Positions 1-12,600 of a DNA stretch of 64,000 bases are shown here, piece after piece (positions within the stretch are counted from its first letter, which is position 1; every line of letters starts with the position of its first letter). The notes beneath the pieces were generated by a model. The model did no database searches. It saw only the letters and a program-made list of their open reading frames with translations, and was not told the origin of the DNA. This DNA is from Euglena gracilis. Lineage: Eukaryota. Position numbers and translations under genes: made by a program. The stretch is from positions 11,588,716 to 11,652,715 of the forward strand of contig CP154954.1 in assembly GCA_039621445.1 (NCBI GenBank), in the 5' to 3' direction.

Positions 1-437
1 ACCGCTGGGTTTCAAAAAGAATGCAACGTTGCGCTTAAATGCAAGGCAAAAATCAAAACGAAGTGAAGTGCGAGTTAGGCCGCCTGAGAGTGTTATTACC
101 CCCTGATTGAAAGATGATTCGCTTTGTCCAATGGGATCCCTGCCACCAAAAATCACAGCGTAGATATTGTCCTAGTTCATGTCCCTTTGGAAAGAACTCA
201 GGGACAAACATTCACCAAGTGCAGCCCCACAAGTGGGGATAATATCCAAACAAAAAAAATTCATTCAACCAGGGGAAGAAACAGGCAAAGTGAAGGTGTG
301 CTCCTGATATCAAATGCCGATTGTGCTTTGCTTGCGCTCTTTTGTTGCTCTTGTGGTTTTGAAACCTGAAAATATATCAAACTTCACCTTCATTGCCTTT
401 GTGTCTTGCAGAATTTTCAAGCCATTGGCTGGCACTT

Positions 438-515
438 TTATTCCGGTTATTCCGGTTTATTCCGGTTTATTCCGGTTTTCGCTATTCCGGTTTATTCCGG
501 TTTATTCCGGACCGG
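438..515. repeat. Tandem TTTATTCCGG ~10-mer
   Basis: About 7 direct copies. Confidence 0.9.
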
Positions 516-1758
516 AATATCTCCCTGCCCCTGCCCTTGGGTGGCTGAAAGGGGACCGTTTCTGGGTGCATTTAACCTCGACTTCTGAAAGCCTCACTCA
601 GTTTGGCAACCACCAAGCCGGATCCTATCACCCTCGAAGGAAAATAAATGGAGAGGTTCATGCATATTCACAGTCGTTGAATTTTTCGTGCAAGGTGCCA
701 TTTTGGATGGATTTTTTGAAGCCATGCGAAAAAATGATTTCCAGCTTTGAAGACCTGAGCGAGGCAGTTCACTGCCATTGTTTTTCTTCCGACCCAATTT
801 TCATTTCGATCCTTTTTTGCACGTTCAAATCCAAAAAATAATAATACCATGTTGCAGGACGTTACCCAATTGGAAATTTTTCGCCTCATAATCAAAAATT
901 TGTGTAGCAACTTTATTCCTGGGCTTTTCTGCATTTTAGTTCCTTATTTTCTTGATTACTTAATTCTTTATTTATTTTCATGACTACAGGTTGGGCACAG
1001 TTCTGAGGGGTCTAGGGTTCAACTGTAGCTTTTGTTTTGTAGTGCCGGCAACCCGATCTAAATCACAACATCCGGAAATGTCCAGCAGTCGTCCAGCGGC
1101 AAAAAAAAATAAATAAATTGTCGATGACCATCGACATTTTTCATTTTTTCCGTCGATGACAGGGGCAGGCCATACCATTGCTTTCAGACATCTGGGGAGG
1201 GCGTACAAAAAAAAACCAGTCAGTAACGTTTGAATCAGTCAAGCACTTCCTCGTGAGATCTATCAATCAGGTCACTCTGGACTAAATGGTCCAAAATCAA
1301 GGGGTTGGAGCCGGTTGTACGCTTTTGGAGGTTTCTGGCCACCCACAACACCGGGCCATTTTGACCCCCCCCCTGTGGAGGTTCAGCTCAGATAGAACAA
1401 ACAGACTGCTTTCAAAAAGTGACTGCATTTCCTTTGAAAATGGAAATTGACACCCTCCCTCCTCAATGGTATATTCCTGCAACAGGGGTGTTGTTAGGAC
1501 ATTTATCCCTCAGCTTTTTCCGTCTGCCCAAACCATTGCCTACTGTTTGTCTGACGGCACGGCAAATTTAGGGCTCCAGACCCCTCAAAATCAATTCTTG
1601 TGACCATTTTTTGAAAAATTTTGGTCCGGGGGGGGGGGGGGGTTGGAGACCCAATCCAGCCACTTCAAAAAAACAACAGTCATTCATGCCCCCACGCCCC
1701 CGGGACGAGTCGGACACATACTGGGCATAACCATGCATGGGGCTGGGAGGGAGTTGAT

Positions 1759-2051
1759 CAGGCTTCTTTTTAAGACCCCCGGGGGGGGGAGGGGGGGTCC
1801 CCCCCCCACCCACCCAGGGTGGCGCTGGACCCCCCCGGGGGGGGGGGGGGGGGGGGGGTCCGGGGACCCCCCCAAAATCGGGCCCGTTAAAGGCAATTTT
1901 CAAAAATTTTCGGCGCTTCGCGCCGAAAAGGTATACCCAGCGCCTCCGGCGCGGGAACCCCCCCCCCGGGGGGGGGTCCGGCCCGGACCCACCCCCCCAC
2001 CCCCCCTCCCCCCGGGGGGGGGGGGGGTCAGGTGACTTAAAAAGAAGCCTG
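1759..2051. mobile_element. hAT-type MITE
   Basis: Perfect 16-bp TIR CAGGCTTCTTTTTAAG; perfect 8-bp TSD GAGTTGAT at 1751-1758 and 2052-2059. Confidence 0.92.
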
Positions 2052-2937
2052 GAGTTGATGTAGGTGTGAGCTTCGACATCACATTGGTTAAAAAAAAAGA
2101 ACTCCCGGTCGAATCAAGAATTTCAGGAATACCAAAAAAAAAAACAGGTGTGATCAGGGATCAGAAAAATGTTCATGTGAAATACACACATGTGTACATG
2201 TGTACCCACATACAAACTGAATGTTGAGAATATATCGTACAGCTGCATTTGCAAATGCAATGAATCATTCCGGATTGTGAAATGGGAGAAGGTAACAGAG
2301 CCATCAAAATCTTATTGGCCACCCAAAATTGTATAGTGAGTGGTGGCAATTGACTTTCGAATGTTTCAAACCAATCAAACCCAAGGACCAAGAAATGAAG
2401 ATGAACGCAGGCGACGCTGAGGTCAGCTCACAACTGGAAAATTTGGGTTGGCTGGAAAAAGGCTGCTGGGCGTAAGGCTGTGTGGGTTGCAGCCCCTCCG
2501 GAGTTGCTTTTTTTTGTTGTCGTTTTGCCACGGCACAGGCCACAGGCATGGATGGTGGTTCCCGGGTGGAAATCCATGAGAGATTCCGCTCAGATCGTCG
2601 ATCCGCCACAAAAACACCCGTTCTACAACCTAAATAAATAAAAATATCTGTGCGTGACAAAGAAACGACCTCTTTGAAATATTGCCGAAATAAAATTCAT
2701 TAAATCTCTGTGTTCCCTATTGCGCTTTCCTTCTGTCCTAACAAAGGTCGCAGCAACACAAACGATGCACAGGGTCAGTGGCATACAGCAAAAGGTCTCG
2801 AACAAACAAATAAAATTCATGTGCGGGGGAGGGGAGACAGCCTTCAGACCGCCAGTGATGCGATTCGAACAGCCACGGCTGCCACGAACCCACCCATTCC
2901 ATGAGCGACGTCACAGCGAGTTGCGAGGGGACTCCGC

Positions 2938-3904
2938 TCACGGCACCACAGCATTCAGCACCACGCTGTCCTCCACGAACGCCTTGATGACCCGCACAGC
3001 CTCCAGCGCCGTGGCGTCTGACAGAGGCGCGATGCGAGAGAGCGATGCGGCACCCCTCACGTAGGCTACCACCCCCGACGCGACCATGCACTCGCCTGGC
3101 CTCGAAAACATTGTACAAAAGTGTGCAAAAATGCGCAGAAATGCACAAAAAAATGCGCAAGAATGCGCACTTTTTGAAAAAAAATGCGCAAAAGGCTCCA
3201 AATTTGAGAGAAAATGTGCAAAAATTATATGAAAATGTACGTAAAACCAATATACAATAATTGTATTTTAATTTTAACCAAACAAAAAATTTTAAAAAAT
3301 TTTTAACCAATTAAATTTTTTTTAAAAAATTTTAACCAATTTACATTGCATGGAATCATGAGGAAAATTTCAATTTCAAAATTCTTTAAAAATTGCAAAA
3401 ATTTGCAAAAGTGGTAAAAAAAAAGCGAAAAATTTGTAACAATCACGAAAAAATGTGTTTCCAAAAGCAAAAAAAAATGTGTTTGAAAAAATTGAATTTT
3501 TTTTGCACAAAAAAACGCAAAAATGCGGAAATATGCGAAACACATCCATCTTTGCTGTCACCAGACAGGCCCACCAGCGTTGCACCCGGACGACTTGTTA
3601 GCAGGCCGGACAATTGCAAGAACCCCAACAGTTTCCCGGGTTGCGTCTCATAGGCATTTCAATGGATTTTGACCCTGTGCACTCTGGGGGATCGTCTACT
3701 GTATTGCGACACAAATAAACACCAGTCGCGGAATGCCACAAAAAACCCACACAATCCTGCTGCGCACAACCAAGAGAACTCACTGACATAAAATGACATA
3801 AAACTGGACACAAACACACACCACATCTACACACCCACCCACCCACACAACACACGCACTGCACATGCAAACGTACACACACACACGCGCGCGCGCGCGC
3901 GCGC

Positions 3905-3935
<31 letters not shown>

Positions 3936-4885
3936 ACACACAACACACAACACACACACACACACACACATACAACACATAAAGAACACACAATGCGCAA
4001 AATGCACAACACACAACCACCCACCTTGATAGACACACAACCCCAATCCACCAGCACCCACACACCCTGGGCCTGCTCAGTGGCGGCCCCGATGTGGTGG
4101 GTGATGTACACGTTGGGGTGCTCTGCGAGGGCGGAGCGGAACTCCCCGGCCCCACCGGCAGGCTCGCCCTGGAACACGTCCAGCCCTGCGCCAGCGGAGG
4201 GTTTGCAACACCCTGAGACGCTGTTTGAACCATCTCAGATACTCTTCACAAACACGTCGACTTTGTTGACGCTGTGTTACCCGCCCCCCCCCTTGTCGTA
4301 CGACCGGGTTCCTGCAACCTGTGACCGGGGGGGGGGGAGGGTCGTAACACCCCCATGACCTGCAACCTGTGACCGGGGGGTGGTCGTAAATGAGGGGGTG
4401 GTCGTAGGTAAAGTGGTGTTAAATTTTTCGCAACCTGCAACCTGTGACCGGGAGGGATGGTCATAACACCCCCATGACCTGAGACCTGCAACCTGCGACC
4501 GGGGGGGGGTCGTAAATGAGGGGTGGTCGTACGACAAGGGGGGGGGTGGGTAGTCTCAGAAATACCCACTGTTAAGGCTTCAAAAAAAAGATTGACTTTG
4601 GACCTTTGCGCAAATGAACCATTTGAGTGGTTCCTTTGCGTGCAACTGCACAAAGCACCACTCAAAAAGTCCCAACAATGTCCATCGAGAGGGGGACACC
4701 GCTTTGGACCCCAGGTCACAGCCCTCCCAGTCCCGACTGGTCTTCAAGAGGCTGCTATTGAGGGCCGCCTCCTGGAGATTTCCTGAAGGTGCAATGTCTG
4801 ACTGGCTCACACACACACACCAATGCCCACCCAACCACACGCACACACACAACACACACACACACACAACCACACACACACACAA

Positions 4886-4957
<72 letters not shown>

Positions 4958-7900
4958 GCACGCACACGCGCAAACCCACACCCACACACCCACACACCCA
5001 CACCCACCCACCCACCCACCCACCCATTGGGATATTTGGCCATCTACAATTTTGGTATGCCAGTCAGGGAATTTTTTAAGTTGGAAAAAGCTCCCCCCCC
5101 AAGGGGGTGGGGGTCCAGAAAGAATCGAACCCGGCTGCCAGGCTGGACCCGGGTGGGACACGAAAACAGGCAAAAAACCCAAATACAGCTCAGTTGTCCT
5201 TTTTTGGGGCCAAAATTTTGAGGTGAACCCACAAAAAAGTACCAAAAATGGCCATTTTCCAAAAAAAATTCGGCGCTTTGCACCAAAATTCTTCCGGGTC
5301 CACTCGTCTTCGCTGGGCTCCTTTGTGTGGATGCATGTACGGGATCGAGTTAAAATACCCGTATCATTAAAAAATAAAAAAGAAATTTAATTAAAAAATT
5401 ATAAATAATTTTTGGCCCGAAAAATCCACAACGTAAGAAGACGGAGACCGGCTCGGATGCCCTTCTCCCGCAGGGCCCACAGCAGGGCTTCCTCGTCCAC
5501 CACGGAGCCCCGCGTCGTGTTCAGGAAGAGGGCCCCCGGCCGCATCGCCCGGAAGAAGTCCCAGCCCGCCAGCCCCGCCGTCTCCGCGTTGGGCGGCACA
5601 GCCCGGCCCGCACGGCCTCCGCGACAAAGGCCGGCGGCCAACCGGGTTGGCCGCCCGGCGGCCTACCCGGAGCCGCGAGCGTGAAAGGCTCAAAATCGAT
5701 GGACTTTGGCGAAACACAAACACACACACACACAACAACTCCGGCGCCTGAGGCGCGTGTGTGTGCGCACACGTGCGTGTTTGCGCGCGCGCGCGCGCGT
5801 GTGTGTGTGTGTCGGTGGGTGTGTTGTGTTGTGTTGTGTGTGTGTGTGTGTGTGTGTGTTGCCAAGGGGCAACACACACACACACACACACACACCAATT
5901 TTGGCCGGCTGCCCCCCCCCCCTGTATCAGACACAACCACCGGGGGGGGGGGGAGAACGGTTGGGTTGGGGCAAGGGTTTAGGTTCAAATAGGCTGATTT
6001 TATCCCTGATTGACGTGTCACCCCGATTCCTAAGTTTGACTGAGCGGGACTGAGCAGTCCCAGAAACCCCGGGTGGTGGCTGTCGACAACCTCCAACCCC
6101 ATTCTGGCAGTTGGAGGGGCGGTCCGACCACCCTTCGCCTCGCGCTTCAATTAATAATATAATAAGATATAGATAATATAATATAATATAATATAATATA
6201 AGAATATAATATAATATAATATAATATAATATAATTTGATATAATATAATATAATTTGATATAATATAATATTATATGACGTAATATAACATAATATAAT
6301 GTAATATAATATAATGTAATGTAATGTAATGTAATGTAATGTAATGTAATGTAATGTAATGTAATGTAATGTAATGTAATGTAATGTAATGTAATGTAAT
6401 ACAATTCAATACAATACAATACAATACAATACAATACAATACAATACAATACAATACAATACAATACAATACAATACAATACAATACAATATAATATAAC
6501 ATAATATAATATACTATACTATACTATACTATAATGTAATGTACTGTAATATAATATAATATAAACCCCCCGGTCGACCTTCCTTGTCTTCGCACAAGAC
6601 ATTGTGGCTCAGCCTTGTTCAAGCAGGAAGGTCACCACCCAACGGCCACGGGGAGGCATTTTGGACTAGGCTGCTATTTTTAACTTGCAAGACTTTTCGT
6701 AACACCGCCCAGGGGGGCGGGTCCCCCACACGAGGGGCCTGGGTATGGGTGAAATGGTATGGGTAAATGCTGTCAGACCGCCCCGATCCCCCCCCCCGGC
6801 CCACCACCCCACCGAGGGTGGGTGGGGGCCTCTCCCCCCCTGGGGGTTGAAAATAAGCAATCTTCCGGCCCCTGGTCGGATTTCGAGATTGGGGGGGGGG
6901 GGGCTGAAGCCACAAAACTTTCACAAAAACTTCGAATTTCCGTGCCAATGATTGGGGATTGAAGACACGTTTATTTTTTTCCCTGTGGACGAGAAGTGTG
7001 CCGTATTGCGTTCCTCGTAGGGAGGACCTGTCGACAACCAAGGTAATGAGCATGTCGCCATCCACAGGTGTATCGACAAAAAGAGTTTTGGAGAAAATTT
7101 GCAAATTGGTTTGAAATTACTTTTGTGTTGTTTTGTATTTCGTGTTGTTTTGTATTTCCAATGGATTTTATTAATTTTTAAATTACCATTAATTAATTTT
7201 TTTTCAAAATAAGTTTGCAGCCTTCACTCCCCTACTCCCAATCTCTGGAGGTTGCAAAATAAGGCACACACTCATTTTTTCACGCCTTCACTCCCCTACT
7301 CCCCCCGAGGGGTGCCCACCAATTTAACAGCCCAGGGTGTCCAGGCAAATTTCCCTCGAAAAAAGCCATATAAAAAGGGGGTCCCCAACACCATCGAGGA
7401 GGAAAATATAATCCAAAAAAATTCAATGAGATTTTCGTCTTTTTCAACGAAACAACTGATAAAAAAAATTGTGAAAAAATTGGAAACAAAATCAGCCGGT
7501 ACAGAACCATACTAAAATATAGGTGAGCGGGCACAGAGGACAGCGGTGGGGAGACTGGTACAATTGAAAAGATATAATGTTAAACATGAGGGACGAAAGA
7601 CCCTAAAAAAAGAAAAGAAGAAAACTGAAACTAAGCTAAAAAACGATAGAAAAAAGGAAGAAGTCCAATGGGTACAATTGAAAACCATTGTTGTTACTTC
7701 CAATGAGGTTGCAGTTAGCAATATTTACCGAAATATGATTTTGTTCATCGGGGGTTTCGACGACATTCCAACCTGTTTCACACAGTCTGCAAATGCAAAC
7801 AAAAATGCAAATGCAAAACGTGGGAAAAAGTCATCACCTCAAGCGGTCTGCAGCTCTGAGAGAAATGAGTCTTGGTGGGGGGGGACTCCTTCGAGGCCAG

Positions 7901-9606
7901 GGCCCTGGCCGGCAGCGACGTGCAGCGTCACGACGTGTGCGTCGGCGGCCACAGCCAGCGGGGAGTGGCGGAAGCCGACTGCCTCCAGGCGGATTTCCTG
8001 TTGTCCCCGGGGGGGGGGGCACCCAGCCTTCTTGTTGAAACCGACCCAGGGTTCCACGCTTTTGTTCTTTTGTCCGAAATCTGGAATGTGCTAATGTTTT
8101 CTGCCACTTTGAGGATGACACAAAATGGAAAAAAATGCAAATTTAAACTTTAATAAAAAAACAGAAAAATAATAATTTAATAAATTTAATAATGTTTTAA
8201 ATTTATTTAAATAATAATAATAAATTTAAAAATAATTTAAATAATAATTTAATAAAAAACTTTAAAACTTTAAAAAACAGAGGAATCTGAAAGGGAAGAG
8301 AGATGAACAGTCGTGTGCCTATGGCGGTACAAATGAGGCACTCCGAGTTCTTTGGGACCCTGGGTGCCGGCTGCAGTCCACCCTGAAACAAGCCGTGCCC
8401 GACAGAATTCTCCGTTGAAGAAACCCAGCGTTGGGGACACGGACAAGCGGTTGGCCATGCATCTCTCTGTTGAGATCTGGACCCCGTCAGCGCCGAGCCC
8501 ATGGACGCCAATCCCCTATGCCTACGAAAGGCAGAGGACGTTCCCCCCTGGCCTTCAACAAAGCAGCCTGGTCCCAAGCTTTGCAGCCGTCTCTGCAGTT
8601 AGAGACCTGGGCAGAGACCGGAATGCAGAATGCAGCCAGCTGTGAGCTGTGAAGTCCGAATGAGCGATGTCCCGCCTCGGCCATTCTCGCAGATCTTTCA
8701 TTCAGGAACTAAAACCAGCCCCCCCCCCCCCAATGCCAAGGAGGGTTGTGGACAAGGCATTTGCCGATTTGGTGACCATGGGGGGAGCTCACGAGCAAAC
8801 AGACGCAATGTCACCCACACAAGTTGTTTTGAGACCTGGGTGGATATCATCTTGACAAAACAAAACCCCAAGGTATGCTGATATTTTCCAAAAAAAAATA
8901 ACTATCAGGTTCCAGTGATGGGCTGTCACCGACGTCTTGTCACCGACGTCTTGTCACCGACGTCTTGTCACTGACGTCTTCTCACCGACGTCTTGTCCAC
9001 CGACGTCTTTTCACCGACGTCTTCATAGATTCACTTAGTTGTTTCCCGGGGGGCACTTTTTTCCTGGGACCCCAACCCACCCACCACTCTTGGAAACACC
9101 CCCAGGGGAGGCTTTAAATGAATCTATGATTGCGAACCCTTATGCCAAGACCTGATGGCGACAATTTCGCATAGGGTTGCTTCTTTGCACTTGTTTGGGC
9201 AAAAAAATTCAGGAAGGGGGGACTGTTGTTGGAGGCTATCAAAAAATGTGGAAATTGGGGGAAGATTGGGAAAATTGACATTGGTTTTGGGCTTTTACTC
9301 CAAATGTGGCGGGAAGCAATGGGAAGCACTCAAGGAAGAATTTCATTATAGAAATATCTTTCATTGGTTAAACAAATCTATCAGCAAAATATACACAGAA
9401 TCTTCCACCGAAGAACTCAGCAATTAATGAATGTAACTGATTGCAACTTCCATCTCAAACCAATGCGGTGGAAGAGAAATGAAGGGAAAAAAGCAGAAGG
9501 AGAAGAAAGATTGTGGATAAAATTGAATTGTGGAAATTTGAAAAACTTGCAGATCTCCCCCCACAAACACATTCACGTGCATATGTGCTGCTGAGATGGA
9601 GCAAGC

Positions 9607-9664
<58 letters not shown>

Positions 9665-12600
9665 GGCCCCAACAGATGACGTTCATCTGCATCAAGAACA
9701 GAGGTCTTTAGATTTTGAAAGGTTTGAATAGCTCCTGTTGACCCTCTTGCCCCCCCCATGGTTTATCAATTCAAAGTGTGGGTCCTCCAGTCGGTTGGTG
9801 GATTTTTGGACAATACATTTTTATCTCAAGAAATCTCAAAAAAAAAAAGGATTAAAAAAAAGGGAATTTTTGCGGGAAGATAAAAGAAGTGAGTGAGTAA
9901 GAACAATTTCAACTGTTTTGACACACAGACACATGGGTAATTTTTCATTTCAAATAATTCACATATTTTAGAAGAGGTTTCTTTTTGAGCCAGCCAGTGA
10001 AACTAGGGACGAATTTCTATGGATATTGGCACACAATCTTAAATTTTGACACGGGCGTCAACGATTGGCAGAAACCATTCACCAACTCAGAAAATCAATT
10101 CAGAAAATCAGCTGGGAATCCTAATGGTTTCACATTTCAATTTCACAACCACCTAAATTTTTATAAGTCCTTTTTCCCTTAGGAATGTACAAACTCAGTG
10201 CATTTTTTGCGCATTTTTTTTGCGCATTTTTGCGCATTTTTTCCGAGGGCCGCCCAGCGCATTCCCCCCCCCTGCACTTTTTTTGGTGCTTATCGCTGTC
10301 TTTCAATATATCTCTTGGTCTGGTGGGAATGACCACATGCCATTTTCCCCGCATCCAACAATGAGCCCAAAATTAAACCAAAATCACCAAAAACAGCTGA
10401 AATGAAGGCATTTTTGGCCAAAAAAAATGCATGAGCAAGGCGTCACTCTCTGTTCACCATAACCAACAATGTCAGCCATGGTGCCTCTTACTTGTGACCA
10501 GGGGAGTAGGATTCGATGCGGGGTCTCTGAAAACCCTAGTGTCCTCATCATCATTGGATGAATACCCACACCTCATCACCCAAAGCTTTTTTCTTGAATA
10601 TGGACAAAATGCCTCCAAAAAGTGTAAAAAAGGTGGGAAAATGGAAAAAAAGCGCAAAAAAATTCTTTAAAAAGGGGCAGAACAGAGCACAAATCAAACA
10701 GCATAACTCAGCGTCAATGCAACATTGGTCAAGGAGCAATTTGATAATATACAATCAAAATCAAAAAAACCAAAATGAAACTGCAACATGTAAAAAAAGC
10801 CGGAAATTCTTAAGATGCAAAAAAAAAAATGCGCGAAAAAATCGAAAAAATGCGCAAAAAATGCGAAAAAATGCGCATTCTCCCAAAAATCCGGAAAATG
10901 CGCAAAAAATGCGCAAAAATGCGAAAAAATGCGAAACGCATCCCCCCCCCCTGAAAAGTGAGATGACTAGGCAAATTTTTACCAAAATATAATTGGGATT
11001 TTTCAAACTACCCCCTCCCCAGTGTGGAACACCCATTCATATGAAACTTTCGACCTCAAAAAAAAAGGCATTTTTGGGCCTGCAAATGCTGGAACAAAGA
11101 AAATTCTAATGTGTGAATGGCAAACATCACCAACGTCACAAAAAACCCTGCCTCCAAGCGCGATGCGGATCACGGCTTGGGCGATGTTTCCACTTCCAAT
11201 CACTCCCAGCGTGCGCCCTGCGTGCGCACAGACGCAGAATCACACCAGGGGATAATTGTTTGTTTTTGAACTCGCATTTCACAGCAAGGACACCAATTGT
11301 TTGTACACCCTGATTTTCTCGGTGGTGCCCAAACCCCAGCTCATAGAATGTGGTGACGGTGTGTGCACACTGGCACGTCCCCGCCCCAGCCCCTGTGGTG
11401 CAAAGTGCTGCGCAAAATTGAGGGCAGTCTAACGATGAGAGCAGCAAAAAATCTATGCCCATGGGCTGGGGGTTGTGCACCACCCACGAAATTAAGAGTG
11501 CACAAATAATGAAAAATGACGTCACATAAAAAACCTTTCTGCCTCATTCAGATGTGATAATGTACGAATGCAATACAAGAGTATTCAAATACAGAACGAC
11601 TGGCTTCATCAAATCCGAAATCGTCGAAAAGAAGAAAACTTAAAAAAACCTAAAATGAACAAAAAGATTGGCCGGATGTTTTGTCGTTTTCTCTGTCTTT
11701 TTATTTTCTTCAAACTTAAGCAAATTTGAAATCAAAATAAATTGGCACAAAAAAGTTTAAAAATATAAGCACAATGCCCTTCGTCATTTTTTGAGAACAA
11801 ACAATATGACCAAAATATGCTCCGACGTCATCCATTGTTGCCACCCGGTTGGAAAAAATTTATTATTCATCGCGGGGGAATTTTGCGATACCCGACAAAC
11901 CAGGAATCACACACACTGACCTGACCGACTGTCATCCTGGCGCACCCCCGGACTGCACACCTGCCAGGCCGAGGGCGGCGGAGTACTTTGCCTTGTCCCA
12001 CCGCCCCTGCCGGCTGTCGGTGACGTTTTCAACGATCCGGCGGCAGGGTTCGCGTTCATGCAGGGGAGATGGAGTGGGGTGGGGGGCACCCCACACCTAA
12101 ACAGCGGCATCGTCAAAAAGATCCATTTCGTGTTCGGCATTTTGTTTAAAAGTGCTTTAAAAGAAGGATGGTTTTGGTGCAAAATTTGGGGGTCCCATGA
12201 ATCGCCCTCCTCCCGGGTCTAGACCAGACATTCATTTAATGTGGTTCACAAAAGACGTGTGAACCACAAAATTTTTTTTGGTGTCCACAGGTGAACCACA
12301 AAAATTTTTTGGTGTCCACAGGTGAACCACAAAAAAATTTTTTGGTGTCCACAAAAAATTTTGTTGCCCACAAAACCTGATTGTGGATCAAAAAAAATAA
12401 CCCCCCCCCAAATAATAAACCCCCCCGGTTTATTATTTGGACACCCGAAGTCAGGGTCCAGGGGGTTTATTATTTGGGGGGGGTTTATTATTTGGGCAAA
12501 AATTTTGAAGTCAAAATTAGACCCGAAAACCCCTCCACAGGCTCCAATGGTCACTTTTTTGGCATTTTTGGGCTTTTTTGAAAACTGGGTGCTTTTTTGG

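Noticed and set aside
3018-3201. Upstream part of ORF 2938-3201
   Set aside because: The AG acceptor at 3018-3019 gives the homologue-like join EQAQ-DATALE; the rest is intronic.
4580-6502. CV/HT/YCIVL-repeat ORFs
   Set aside because: Translations of (CA)n and pentamer satellites.
8924-9023. Possible CRISPR-like array
   Set aside because: Head-to-tail 14-mers without unique spacers, no cas genes, eukaryotic context.
12250-12375. Regularly spaced GTGAACCAC...GGTGTCCAC repeats
   Set aside because: Subterminal repeats of the 12225-14995 element, not a spacer array.
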